From: Lepidodermella squamata
Lineage: Eukaryota > Animalia > Gastrotricha
Reading direction: 5' to 3'
Assembly (NCBI GenBank): GCA_047495785.1
Contig: JBLDXI010000043.1
Location: 310,001 to 374,000, forward strand
DNA length: 64,000 bases
Position 1 is the stretch's first letter; each line of letters begins with the position of its first letter. Both the position numbers and the translations under genes were made by a program. Shown piece after piece: positions 45,767-58,475 of the stretch. Under the pieces are notes generated by a model. It did not search any database. It was not told where the DNA came from and saw nothing but the letters and a program-made list of their open reading frames with translations.

Positions 45767-46903
45767 TCATAATGTGGGGGAAATTTTAAACTTGCGATAT
45801 GATCGCAATCTTTGAAAATACCTAGTCCAGCCTGGTCTAATCATATGCATTGAAGCTCCAACAATCGTTTCTAAACACGGGAAATAGAGTCCTAATTTAT
45901 GAAACCACGCCGACGCATATCTCGGCCCAATGTCCACCCAGAATATTTCCAACAGAAATGAACACAATCCCGGAATGTGGAACGTGATGAAAACAACAAA
46001 GATAGCAAAACACTGCTTGGCGAAAAATGCTTCGCTCTCCCGCCAAGTATTGACCTTTGCAGCCTGGACCCTTCTATTTAATGCAGGGGAGCTGATCGTT
46101 CCATTATTTCCTGTCGACCTTATGTACAGCTGTGCTTTTGCCTTTCGAAGGCATTTGAAGATTTTGTGGTAGTTGATTGCTAGTAACATTCCAGGAATGT
46201 ACGCTCCGATTGCGTAGTACATGAATTGTAGAAAGTGCGAATCCAAATCGCCGACAAGTCGATATTGGAACCCGGAACAGATCCAAACTGGTTCCCCGCC
46301 ATTGACTCCTTCGATAGATATGAACTCCTTCCGCCAAATATTAAGAGGCCAAACTCCTAGTAGAAACGGAATCACGATGCAGCCGATAATAATTATGCCG
46401 ACCCATATAAGGAGTCTTTTCGTACCTGCCCTATAGTTCGGGCTGTTCGATATAATGCAGAGGCGCCTTTCGTATGAGATCATCGTTTGCATGAAAGTCC
46501 CAATAAGGCCCAGGGCGAACAAGGCCCAGTGAACCCCGGTGCAGGTCCAGTTATCGGCCTCCCAATAACCGGTTTTCAAAGTGAAAAGCAATCCGGTTGT
46601 ATAGACGGCTGAGAAGCCTATGTTTCGAATCCCATTTAGCGCGACAAGCAGTAGGAATTCCTTTTTAACCCCTCGTTTGTAGTTTTCGATGCAGCTGATC
46701 GCAGTTATGATAATCACTGCGATCAAAGTTATGAGGTACAGAAGGGTATAGGAAAGACGGCCTTCAATCGAAGTGTATTCGAGATCGTGGTACCAGCCGA
46801 TGAACTGAGGTCTGGAGTGGTTGTAACCAAGACCATGCAGGTAGACATCAATCCATCCTCCATTGATCAATCTCGCAATAGCATTAGTGATGTTTGGATC
46901 CAT
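45767..46903 (-). CDS. Intronless orphan 7TM receptor, array member 5
   Basis: Same family motifs; ATG at 46903. Confidence 0.88.
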   Translation of the reverse strand: MDPNITNAIARLINGGWIDVYLHGLGYNHSRPQFIGWYHDLEYTSIEGRLSYTLLYLITLIAVIIITAISCIENYKRGVKKEFLLLVALNGIRNIGFSAVYTTGLLFTLKTGYWEADNWTCTGVHWALFALGLIGTFMQTMISYERRLCIISNSPNYRAGTKRLLIWVGIIIIGCIVIPFLLGVWPLNIWRKEFISIEGVNGGEPVWICSGFQYRLVGDLDSHFLQFMYYAIGAYIPGMLLAINYHKIFKCLRKAKAQLYIRSTGNNGTISSPALNRRVQAAKVNTWRESEAFFAKQCFAIFVVFITFHIPGLCSFLLEIFWVDIGPRYASAWFHKLGLYFPCLETIVGASMHMIRPGWTRYFQRLRSYRKFKISPTL

Positions 46904-48026
46904 TGACAAGTTGAGAGCTAAGATGAATATGCAGTTCGCTGTTAAAACTTTACCATCTGCCTATAAATTTTCTTAATCAATCGAACTTGGAAACAAAACA
47001 TAAAATTCGCTTAGCGCTGTGTTTGTTTCGGAAATGGGTGTGTAAAAGCGCGTGGAAACTTAAATACCTTGCTATGCTACGAAGAAGTAGGCGCCGGAAC
47101 AGCGCCGTCGCGTTTGTTATCCGAGATATGTTGTCTTTGTGATTTATTGTAGCAAATGAACCGCTGCAAACCACTTGGGCTTAATGTTTGGTGCGTGGTG
47201 CGTTAGTTTCATTTTTACAATGTCCATGCCATCGATGCATGCGTTTTCAGCTGGTTAAACGGAGAACAATTTTTTTGACATTTTTTTCGGCAAAAGTAAA
47301 AAGTAAAAATAAGCTAATCTGTTGCTCAAAAGTGGTACCCAATCCCAGATCCCAGCCAAATTTCATTCATGTTTGCACGATGTCCTACGAGCCGTGATCA
47401 TAGGACACTACGGTGTCATACAAGGCAAAAAGTTTGGGAACCTCTATATTACTAAAAAAATGAAGTTACACGTAAAATGTGACCTCTTCCCATGATCGAT
47501 AATTCGTTTTTTTCAGTTAAGGAATTTACAGAAAGGTTAAAAATGGGTTCCCACGGCGCTACTGTTGCCAATCCAATGATTCAGATTGGCTCTTTGACTA
47601 ATTAGTCTTTCTTCAAGTTTGTGGTGTGTGGGTGTGCTAAATGAAACGGTCCATATCCAGCTTCTCGATTTTCGGTAAGTTTAAGGAGTCTCATAATGTC
47701 TGTACAAATCGTCACCTTAGATAGAGAAATTAGAAGCGATAGTAGGAATCATTATATGATCGCATTGATAAGCCATTGATAATATCGTATTTATTCATAC
47801 TCGGTTAGTCAACTGAGGGTGCAAGCCAGAGCATGCATGCTCGACTAGAGATTGGAGTTGGTGACTCTTTACGCAGAGTAGCAAAACAGTTTTATAAGCC
47901 ACGTTCTCGGAAATGTCCCCGAAAGGCCTCCAAGATGCTTCTTGGATAGCATGGGATTAAGTACAGATTAATCCAAGTTTTATTTTAAAAGCATCAATAG
48001 TATCGGAAGGAAAACGAACATTTCTC

Positions 48027-49125
48027 TCACACTATGGGGGAAATTTTATCTTTTGCATATGACCGAAGCCGTTTGAAAGGTTTTGTCCAACCTGGTCTAA
48101 TCATATGCATCGTAGCGCTAACAATCATTTCTAAACACGGAAAATACAGGCCTAGTTTATGAAGCCATGCCGAGACGCATATCTCGGCCCAATATCCAAC
48201 CAGAATATTTCCAACAGAAATGAACACAATCCCGGAATGTGGAACGTGATGAAAACAACAAAGATGGCGAAAAACGCTTCCCGATCTCGCCATGCTTTGA
48301 CTTTGATTGTCTGGATTCTATTAATGGTGTTAGCCGTGCTGCTCGTTCCGTTATTACCAAACCATTTGGTAATCAACTGGTCCTTTGCTTTTCGAATGCA
48401 TTTGAAGATTTTGTGGTAATTGATTGCTAGTGACATTTCAGGAATGTAGGCACCTAAGGCGTAGTACATGAACTGGAGAAAATGCGAGTCTAAATCTCCG
48501 ATGAGTCGATATTGGTACGCAGTGCAAATCCAAACTGGTTTCCCGTCATTGACTCCCTCAATAGCTATCAGCTCCTTTCGCCAAAGATTAACTGGCTGAA
48601 CTCCAAGGAAAAAGGGAATCGCGATACACGCGAAAATTATAATTCCAACCCACAAGAGAAGTCGCTTTGTGCCTGCTCTAGAATTTGGGCTATTTGACGT
48701 AATGCAGAGGCGCCTTTCGTATGAAATCATCGTCTGCATAAAGGTCGCAATAAGGCCCAGGGCGAACAAGGCCCAGTGAACTCCGGTACTTGTCCAATTA
48801 TCAGCCTCCCAATAGCCAGAGTTGAGGGTAAAAAGCAACCCGGCTGTATAGACGGCTGAGAAACCGATATTTCGAATCCCATTCAGCGCCACGAGAATTA
48901 GAAAGTCCCTTTTGACACCTCTTTTGTATAGTTTTCCATGCAGCTGATCGCAGTTATGATAATCACTGCGATCAAAGTTATGAGGTACAGAAGGGTATAA
49001 GAAAGACGGCCCTCCATCGTGTATATTCGAGATCGTGGTACCAGCCGATGAACTGAGGTCTGGAGTGGTTGTAAATGTTGATCTCCATTGATCAATTTCG
49101 CTGAAGTTGTATTTTGTGATGTCAT
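48027..49125 (-). pseudogene. Frameshifted orphan 7TM receptor (close to member 5)
   Basis: Homology is split over three ORFs (48898-49125, 48152-48892, 48027-48293). There is a deletion in the N-terminal motif and loss of KQCFA in TM6. Confidence 0.85.
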
Positions 49126-50236
49126 TGTTTACTGAAAGGGTAGAATTTGTGAAAAAATAGGATGCTTATAAACGCATTCCCATCAGACATTAAAACTGAG
49201 AGATTGGACAATAAAAGAGAGATTTTTTCCGTATTTTTGACGGAAATGGCGTAAGATTTGTGAAACTGAAGTGGCTGAACTATGAGATAGTGAAGGGGCG
49301 TCGGAACAGCGCGATCACGATCTAATTCCGAGATCATGTCTTCAGAGGTAGGTTTTTTCGGGTAAAATGAATCAGTACATTTTGCGGCGCAGCAAGTACA
49401 CTGAGATTTTGTGGGTGCTTGTTTGCGTTCCTTGTTTTCCTTGGTCGGTTTGTAAATCGGTCATTTGTCCGATAATGTAATCAAAATTGATCTATTTGTT
49501 ATGGGAGGGTCGAACTGTAAGCATTATATTTTGCTGGAATTAAAGGCGATTACTTGTAGTATTCGGATATTCATTTACCGCAAAGTCACAAGTGAGCGCC
49601 GCGCTTGGGTAAAATGTACCACCCGGTAATTAACGAGCTCAATCATGATAGCTAGACTACCCTCCAAGTGATGCTAGATTTTCTTTGAACCCCCGCACTA
49701 ATCATAATAATGTTCTACCTAGATATTTCAAATGGTTTATCGGCTTGAAGATTTTCGCTATAGAATGAATCCTTAGTGCTAGACTTTCTGAGGCAGGGTC
49801 CATCCCTGGCAGCTCAAGGATTCAAGATCGCACCCTGAATGAATTAGTATAGCTTTGTTGTAGTACGGGGTTGCAAGTTTTAAAAATCCTACGACAAATG
49901 TCACGCTTCAATTTCCGCTCCTTATTCAAGTGCTACTTCGACTTTCGCAATCTTCCATAATCAATCGAATCAAAGGAGATATTAGGGTATACTTCATGTT
50001 CACTTCGAGATGAACGTTATCAAATGGAGCTGAGGTTGCCACGCCGATGAAATATCAAATCTATTTTTTAAACGATATTCGAGAAGTCATATAACTACAG
50101 ATGTACGTTGAAGAGTATGAGCTCCTTTAATTGTAAATTGTAAATAGAGACAGCCAAAACTGTAAGATGTGACAATGAGACTTGACCAGGTGTACGAACG
50201 TCTTGTATTCGACTTTCGATTCGGAGGCAGATTATG

Positions 50237-51394
50237 TTAAAACATGGGTGAAATTTTAAACTTGTGCCCAAAGTGAAAGCGAGGCTTCTTTAAAGATTTC
50301 ATCCAGCCAGGCCTAACCATATGAATCAAGGCGCTTACAATCATCTCCAGACACGGAAAATACATGCCGAATTTATGAAGCCAAGCTGAAGCGAATCGAG
50401 GCCCAATTTCAACCCAGAATACTTCGAACAGAAACGCGAAAAACCCTGGAATGTGAAAAGTGATGAACACCACGAAAATAGCGAAACATTGCTTCGCGAA
50501 GAAGGCTTCTCGATCTCGCCAAGCATTGAGCTTGGAAGCTTGAAATCTGCTCATGGTCGAATTGCTACTTGTCCCGTTATTGCCACCTGACTTTATAATT
50601 AACTGCTCCTTTGCCTTACGAATACATTTAAAAATTTTGAAGTAATTGATCGCTAGCAGCATTCCAGGGATGTAGACTCCAAGAGCATAGTAGAGGAAGA
50701 GCAGAAAGTTCGAGTCCAAGTGTCCAATTAATTTATAATGGAACCCAGTGCAAATCCAGACTGGATTCCCACCATTCACACCTTCAATAGTTATCAACTC
50801 CTTCCGCCAAATTTGAACAGGCCAAACAGCCATGAAGAACGGAATAACGATGCAGCCGCACAGAAGAATTCCAACCCACATTATGAGTCTTTTCGTGTCA
50901 GTTCGATAGTTGGGGCTGTTGGAAAGAATGCAAAGGCGTCGTTCGTATGATATCATCATTTGCATGCAGGTTCCAATCAAGCCCAGAATGAATAGACCCC
51001 AGTGAACTCCAGTACAGGTCCAGTTGTCTGCCTCCCAATAGCCAGTTTTCAAAGTGAAAAGCAATCCAGCGGTGTAGTCTGAAGCGAAACCGATATTTCG
51101 TACTCCGTTCAAAGCGACCAGCAGTAGGAAGTCCTTTTTAACACCTCTTTTGCAGTTTTCGATACAGCTCACCACTGTTATTATTACAACTGCGATTAGA
51201 GTTATGAGGTACATGAGAGTGTAGGAAAGACGGCCTTCAAATGATGTATAACCAAGATCGTGGTACCAGCCGATGAATTGAGGCCTCGAGATGTCATAGC
51301 CGAGACCAGGCAGGTAAACATCCACCCAGCCTCCATTTATCAGCTTAGCCATCGCCCCACTCTCGATGATAGAACTAGTGTTGTTCGAGGCCAT
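50237..51394 (-). CDS. Intronless orphan 7TM receptor, array member 6
   Basis: Same family motifs; ATG at 51394. Confidence 0.88.
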   Translation of the reverse strand: MASNNTSSIIESGAMAKLINGGWVDVYLPGLGYDISRPQFIGWYHDLGYTSFEGRLSYTLMYLITLIAVVIITVVSCIENCKRGVKKDFLLLVALNGVRNIGFASDYTAGLLFTLKTGYWEADNWTCTGVHWGLFILGLIGTCMQMMISYERRLCILSNSPNYRTDTKRLIMWVGILLCGCIVIPFFMAVWPVQIWRKELITIEGVNGGNPVWICTGFHYKLIGHLDSNFLLFLYYALGVYIPGMLLAINYFKIFKCIRKAKEQLIIKSGGNNGTSSNSTMSRFQASKLNAWRDREAFFAKQCFAIFVVFITFHIPGFFAFLFEVFWVEIGPRFASAWLHKFGMYFPCLEMIVSALIHMVRPGWMKSLKKPRFHFGHKFKISPMF

Positions 51395-52212
51395 TCTCAA
51401 GTTTACTGATAAGCTTAGTGTTGCGCAGTTGCGTTAAAAAGCATGTCCACCTCGATCTCGAACTCAGAAAACACGACAGGAAAAACGCGCCTTTCTGTGA
51501 TTTCCTGGAAATGTCTTTCCGGAGTTGAAAAACGCGTAGATCTGGAATGAATATGCCGTGCTAGGTTCCTTGTTTGGCATATTTTACAACACGTGCACGT
51601 CTGCTGCCATTAGGAGATAATGGCGTTGTTGGGTGGTTAATGATTTCACAAATCTGAACTGATTACTTTTCAGTGAAGGGCATCAATGGAAGTCTGAGAA
51701 AGGCAGCATGCCTTTCGTTGCATTAACAGTAAAAGGCATTTATCGATGGGTTTTTGCCATCGTTAGGCTCAACTTAAGGACGTTGCGCGAAGAATAGTCG
51801 CTACGAGGTACCTTTCTATCGAGCTTGAGAGATCCTAGAGAGCAAACCAGAAACATGGGTGGCTTTTAGACCGATAAATGACAAATTGGAGGCGGAGAAA
51901 ATTATTGCGAGTCCCCTCCTTATGGATACTTCAGTCTACTTCCAATCAGCCAGATTTTTTTTAAGGTCATCTTTTAATGATTTCACAGGTCAAGGAAATT
52001 TCTGTGCCCATTGGAATTATTCATACTTCATACGTTCCTATAGAACCGCACAACGTCAGCTTTCATCTGCGGCTCTGAGACTGTAAACAAAAGAAGAGTC
52101 GCGCTGCCTATTGCCAACTGCAGCCAAGGATTCAATTCTCGAGTGCGAAAGCTGCTGGTAATTCCCACCAAGCAGTTTCTCCGAGGCCGCAACTCTCTTC
52201 CTCCTCGTGAAG

Positions 52213-52351
52213 GAGATGGCCACTCGTGCGAAAGCCTGGGAACTATGGATTGGATTGATCAGCAACAATCGGCTCATGTATACACAGATGACTCTTAGGC
52301 CTCATAATGCGATCCAAATGTCGACTTGCGCAAACAAGTATGAGCATGAGT
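52213..52351 (+). repeat. Short dispersed repeat (other copy at 14852-15022)
   Basis: Direct sequence similarity, as described for 14852-15022. Confidence 0.7.
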
Positions 52352-52689
52352 AAATGCACAATTTACTATGAAAATTGACGAAATATCTCAGTTTTGGCAA
52401 TACTTCTATGAACATGCGGCCACCATGCACCAGAAACAATTCTGCAGTACTCTCAGTCCAATTCATGTACACGACGACAAAACAGCTCGTCTCATCTCAC
52501 GTTGGCTGCTCATAATGAGACATTGGGGCGCTGAAATGTACTACGAATCCTGTACTTCGTAAAGTTCATAAACAAAACGAGCCCTCTAATCATCGGGAAT
52601 CTGGAATGATTTGAATAAACTGTCAAAATGCTGGACAATTTTACCTAGAATGTATCGTTACTGCGCAGCCAACATCCAGAAACCAACAT

Positions 52690-52880
52690 TTTATGCAACC
52701 AAGCTGACGCATGGCGAGGCCCCACCTCAATCCAGAACAGTTCGAACAGAAACGAGCAAAATGCTGGTATATGGAACGTGATGAAAACAAGGAAGATCGC
52801 GAAACATTGCTTGGCGAAAGAAACTTCGCTATCACGCCAAGCATTGACTTTTGCAGCTTGGCGCCTTCTATTTAGTGCTA
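52690..52880 (-). pseudogene. Isolated TM6-TM7 fragment of an orphan 7TM receptor
   Basis: LNRRRQAAKVNAWRDSEVSFAKQCFAIFLVFITFHIPAFCSFLFELFWIEVGPRHASAWLHKM, truncated on both sides. Confidence 0.82.
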
Positions 52881-53714
52881 TTACGTCAACCATGGACCAT
52901 CTCTTCAGGGGCAGAGGTGGGTATTTCCGATGTATTGGCACAGCGAGCTGTGTAATGAGCTTTTTGAGGTTGTCCATGATTCGCTTTGTGAATCGGTCGT
53001 TCAGCCATCCAGGAAATCAAGCGTTAACGATGTTGTGTGCGATTGCACCAGATGTTTTGTTCAGCTCCAACCTATCAGAAAACGCTAGCTCGTATATCCA
53101 TCATCTTTCAGCTGGAATGAATGGCTTCGATGATCGGTTATCAGGTGATTCTATTTTCAAAGGTTCGTTTGGAATTTGTAAATGTGTTTCAGCTGGAAAT
53201 AACCGTCTAATTCAAACTTCTCAGCTCGAATTTCTTCAGGAAAGATGGCCCGGAACTTCGATTAAAAACTTGGTTTTACAGGTCAAGTGAACCTGTATGA
53301 TAGTCATTACATAGACTCCCATTCAGCTTTACCTTAGTCTGTGAGACTTATCTGCTGAAAATCCCGATATGCCTGGCGAAAATCTATAGCCAAATCCATA
53401 ACTTTCATAGGTATTGGATATCTCTCCAGACATCGCCAAGAGCCAGGATATTGGACTCGAACCTTAATAACTATTCACTTTCTCTATCTAATTATCAGCC
53501 TCTTGAGTGCCCCGAAATCCCTTCGCATTGATGGCGGTTTCAGGTTCTTCTTCTTCTTTTGTAGAAACAAAACGTGCTGTCTAATCATTTCGATCGCAAT
53601 TTCAATACATCAAAATACTCGAATTTTTTGCTAGAATGTATAATATAACATCGTAGTAAGATGCAAGCTTTGGAAATCAGCAATTTCAAGTCTCCTGTAA
53701 CCGCAGTCGATCGA

Positions 53715-55564
53715 TCAATAATCATCATCCTCGTCATCATCGTCGTAAGCTATGATAAGTTTCACGTAAGGCCGCTCCTTATCCAACGGCGTTGCACAGA
53801 ATGGGCAAATGGCGCGGCAAGGCTCTCGAGGCGGTTTGATTTTACTCCAAACTCTACAAAGCGAGATATCCTCGAATAAACAAAATCAATATTGGACTTA
53901 TTAGGTGACTTACAAAGCGGTTTTCTCAGGAACCATGTGGCCACAAGGGTTAAAGCAATGAGTTGCAGGGAGTCTGTCCAGAAAGAATCTTGGTTCGAGG
54001 GAGAACTGTAGCTTGGTCAGCTTGCCCAGCTTCGCGCAATCCTTTACGAGGCACTTCTCTTGGGGAAGCATGGTTCCGTCTTCGCCCCGCCTTCGAGTGA
54101 CAACATGGCCGCATCCCATATAACCTGAACAAGTAAGAACCATTAGAATCAATGTCAGACAAGGCTCCTCTATTATCAAGTGGTTCCGACCACAGGATTC
54201 AACCAAAAACTTGAAAATTAGCAACTTTCAGTAGAAAGCCTGAGAAGAAATACAGTAAACTATCGGGAAGGCTACTAAAATGGCTGGCCCAGAGTGATAA
54301 TAGTCCCTTTTCACTTACAGTGAGGATGTTGGTCAAGTTCGTCCTCGGTCAGCGCATCCGGAGCTGCATCAAAGCTGCGATTAGGGAGACCCAACGAAAT
54401 AGCGTCGAATGATACACAGGAAATAATCCTGCGTTGTTTCCTGCTTGTTCCAGGCGGTTTGTCTGACAATGCATTCCTTAGCCACGCTGTACTCTGTTAA
54501 ACATATTTGAATAACATCAATAGCATCACTGGGCATCTTACAAGTTGAGGCGCGTTCAAAGTGGTATGCGATCGCCAAAGTAGCATCAGGCCACATAAAT
54601 CTATTATCGTCCCGTCTGGTATGTAGTTCGTATCCTCAGTAGGCTTAGCGGTTGGGCTAGGTGGTTGGCGGATACTACCGATTTTAAACATGCGACCGCC
54701 GACTGAAACTTCCATCCACTCAGGGTTCCAGGCCCGAATTTGGTCGAGAGTGGCCTCCAATATCTTGAAATCTTGCGGCGGTCGCAGGACAAGAATTCCA
54801 TTCGTAGTAAACCCATCATACTGCCCATCGCCCAGGTCCAGGGTGCTGGCGTGTTGGCTTAGAAATATCTGGTCCGCATCGTCAAATGCAGCGGCGAAAA
54901 TGCGGGGATTATGGGCGTCGTGATCATCGCCTGGTCGCTGCATTGGTTTGCGGTTCACCATAATCCTGGCTGCGAAGCGAGACACGGTTGAGCCACCAAC
55001 GGGTATCGGAGGCGGCATGTCGACGCAAAAATTAATCTAGTAGAATTCATGCAAAATTTGGTTTCAACAAAATATATTTAGATTTTAGAAAGTTTGAATA
55101 ACAGCATTGCCATGAAGTTTCATTCGAATGAAAGTGATGGCAATTTTCAATATTTTTCTTCGTAAGCTTACTTTTGGACTTTCAGCTCGGCCAACTTGGA
55201 ACATATCCTTGTCCAAAACGGCTGTGCACGTCACCTTAATTTTCTTGTCACCGTGCTCCATGTGAATCTCAGCGTCACGCGACTCAGGGTTCCGTGGAGA
55301 CATTGAGTTGAGTTGAACATTTGCCATTGAAGCAGCTACGTCGGCATTTTTCGACTGAACGTCGATTCTCGAGGCAATGACAGCAGTTGGGTACTCAGCT
55401 CGGTACAGCTCCATCAGGTTCTTATGAGCCGGCTGCGCCCCTGACCACATGCAGCCATTTGTCCTGAAAGTTTTTGAAGAGTTACAAACTGAAATGAAAT
55501 GGCAAAGAAAAACCTACCCTATCACGACTAGCTCGCCGTATTTTAGACCGATGTCAGTTTCCAT
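53715..55564 (-). CDS. PELI: Pellino E3 ubiquitin ligase (FHA-like plus RING-like domains), multi-exon, divergent
   Basis: METDIGLKYGELVVIG|TNGC; DMFQVGRAESPK; STVSRFAARI; RIFAAAFD; DGFTTNGILVLRP; WMEVSVGG; DGTIIDLCG..LLWRS; CGHV; THCFNPCGHMVPEKTAL|VWSKI..CPFCATPL..YVKLII. These are hallmark Pellino motifs. Confidence 0.92.
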
Positions 55565-55821
55565 GGCACTGAATTAGAAATGCTTCCAAAAGCTAAAAGA
55601 GGCAATACTATCGAGGCGTTTCTCTACCACTGCGTTATCTTATCGCCTGTTGGATTTAAGAATGAGTAACGCTGCTTTTTGAAAGCCTTTTGATAAGCCT
55701 GTATGATACGATTACAAACGCTGATAACAACTTCTTGTTCCAGAGTGAATCCTACCGTGAAAAATAACAATTTAGGAGGAACGTAGAACTGCATATCTAA
55801 TATGAATCACCATTGGCTGTC

Positions 55822-56008
55822 ATGTCGTTAGCGTTGTTGAATAACTCGAAGTCAGGCTAGTTAATACCTTCGTATCAACGTGACGAGTGACACGTAAAAT
55901 GCGGCGTTCGCATGGAGAGGCAAAAAACAATTACTTTTAACTTGCCAACTTTCCTATTAGACTGCCAAAACCAGCCAAATTATCCGAGCTCTTCAACGAA
56001 GCCGAAAT
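55822..56008. mobile_element. Degenerate copy of the MITE family at 35292-35485
   Basis: GTCGTTAGCGTTGTTGAATAACTCGAA...TCCGAGCTCTTCAACGAAGC. Confidence 0.6.
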
Positions 56009-56353
56009 CAATCTATATAAGGTGCACAAGTACTATATTGTAATTTGAACTATAGACACAGTATTCCAGGACATCTTGAGCTCTGAACTTAACTTTGCGC
56101 CTTAAACCAAAAAAAACAATCTTGATAGAATTAATGAAATAAAGACGTGTAGGTTGAGCTTCAGATTCCCATGCTTTCTGTTTCGCTCTTCCGATAATAT
56201 TGATTGATGTCGAATTTTCGACGTCTTGCAAAGTCTTACAGTAAAGAAATCGGATAAATTGGACTCAGAACGATGTTAGATTTATTTAGAATCTGTTGAA
56301 TCTTTGCTAGCACTGACGTTTTTCAACAATTTAATGGCGAAGACGAGCGTTCA

Positions 56354-56854
56354 TCAACCTTCATATGTCGCCAATACTTCTTTATCGTATTTCCCGGCCA
56401 TAATATCTGTAGCCAAATGACGGGCCCACATGAAGAACGAAGTTACATTCTCGCAGAGTGGTCGAGACTGGAACATCCGCAAGCAATGAGCCATACGAGC
56501 CCGGCGCAGGAGAGCTGATCTGAAATATATCAGTAAATTGTTTCCAACATCTGGAGAATGATTCAGCAGACGAAGAGTCATAATTATTTTCGCAGCTACG
56601 AAACAGAACTTTTAAAAAAGGAATTGAGGATGTTAATCATTCTTACCATTAGTAATTTTGCGCTGATAGTTTCCGGAGTCGACCGCGGTGGTAGTTTGTA
56701 GCTCCTGAATTCGATTATGTTGAAATATATTATCTCTCTGGAATGCAGTGACTTTGGTCCTCATAATTGCTTTCTTGCTTTGCTTGCCTTCCGCCATTTG
56801 CAGGCTTATGAGCGAAACAATAGAAAGAAAAACTAAACCCAGATCGAAAAGCAT
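56354..56854 (-). CDS. Small putative secreted protein (~149 aa) of unknown function (intron 56646-56596)
   Basis: Signal peptide MLFDLGLVFLSIVSLISLQMAEG. A 51-nt phase-1 GT-AG intron joins the two ORFs in frame. Confidence 0.55.
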
Positions 56855-58023
56855 GATTTTCCTTGAAATTTGCTGCCAATGCGGCCGCTTATATACCCGG
56901 ATTCACGCTTATTATAGATGTCGTCTTTTAAGTTTCGAGCCCAGACAAACTTTTGCCGTTGAACTTTTGAATCCCGCACATCGCATATTAGAATCGGACT
57001 TGACAGGCTGTCGCATCAATCCGGGTGTTCAATTACGACATTCCGACGAAATGAGAATGGTGCTTATCTGTCACAACAGCTTCATATTGACTGATATCAT
57101 ATAATTTAGGTGACATTTTTCATCGTCTCAATATTGAATTATGGATGCTGTCTGTGGCATGAGGGAACATGGTTTTCGAAAAAAACATTCAATATACCTG
57201 GTTGTGGGTGAACTTTATAGGAGCTTAGGACATCAGTCTAGACAACATTTTTTGTTCGGAAATGTTCAGTCCTGATGCTATACGATGGATCAATGCCAGG
57301 AGCTTAATCATGGACTGTTGAAAAGTATGTGGACATTTCTTCCAAGTTCCAAGCTATATAAGTCAAAGCCAGAAGTGTCGACAAGGTGGCACCGGACATG
57401 AGTTGACATCAAAACATTTCATGCGAATTCCTAAGATAATTCGGTGAAACGATCGCTATTATTTTTGAACGAATCGCGACGTGATTGCGGTCTCAAATTG
57501 CGGTCGGAAATCGTTTGTTGCTTATTAATTGAATTGAGGCTTCAATAGTCACCCTCATTACGATGTCTCAGCTAGATTATATAGCTCACTTCATGAACCC
57601 ATCGGCGAGGCGAAGGCATAGTCAGCATTTATTTTGTTACCCCGTACATTTCACCATGAGTCCTATGAGAGAAAGGGTCCTAATCAGAGTGCAACTGGGG
57701 GTGGGGTATCATCCCAACATTGCATTACAAATGTTGGCCCCAAAAATACTCCCGAGCTCCCTAGGATCCTACTTCGCCTACTGACTAGACCCGTAAAGTG
57801 CGCAGTTGGCAAGCCAACAAAGAAAAGGCGGTACACTTTCCAGAACCTTTGCCATAACTACCGTTCTTGGCGTGAAAACGGACCGTTTAATTATCTGACA
57901 GAAAGGTCAAGTCTGTTGGGAAGAGAAAACATATGCTCGCCAAGCTATTATTGGCGCTTATCACCCTTGAAAATGTCTAGAGTCTAGAGTGGAGTTTGAA
58001 CGCTTTTTCTTTCTGATTTACCT

Positions 58024-58030
58024 TATAAAT
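58024..58030 (+). promoter_or_regulatory. Candidate TATA box for the knottin gene
   Basis: TATAAAT about 60 bp upstream of the ATG at 58089. Confidence 0.45.
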
Positions 58031-58088
58031 ACGCTTAGCCACACCCCAAAGCTGCAAACAACCGTCACTTCCAAACTCTTGTGAAATA

Positions 58089-58475
58089 ATGCTTCGTTTA
58101 GCGACTCTGAGCCTGCTATTGGCCGTTGCTTATGCAACTTCAATCGGTCTGACAGATTTTGCTGCCACTGAGGAATGCAAGACTAAAGGATACTGCCAGC
58201 ACACCGCCGACTGCTGCGAAGGCTACGAATGCCACGACCAGCCCAAGGGACCGAGGAACTGCCAAAAGACCAACATACCTGGCAAATGCTTGGCTGGAGG
58301 CGAAATTTGCACGCCCAACCCGTTCACTGATGGCGGTTGCTGTTACATGTAAGATTATTCAGTCGATCGATCGGCAAATATCTGGAGAATTTAATGTTTT
58401 TCTTACAGCGGCTGCTACAAGAGCACTGACGGTAGCTTCAGGTGCCAGCGCCCAAGGCCCCCACCTTGCTGCTAA
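58089..58475 (+). CDS. Secreted 108-aa double inhibitor-cystine-knot (knottin)-like peptide (exons 58089-58348, 58409-58475)
   Basis: Signal peptide, then C-x5-C-x5-CC-x4-C-x9-C, then C-x6-C-x9-CC-x3-C-x9-C, then PRPPPCC*. 60-nt GT-AG intron; AATAAA at ~58532. Confidence 0.85.

Noticed and set aside
33523-51394. Opsin hypothesis based on the conserved Lys in WLHK
   Set aside because: The Lys sits at the extracellular start of TM7, not at the mid-helix retinal-binding position, and NPxxY is absent.
52778-53290. 170-aa plus-strand ORF
   Set aside because: Begins as the antisense of the GPCR fragment, and the remainder has no recognisable motif.
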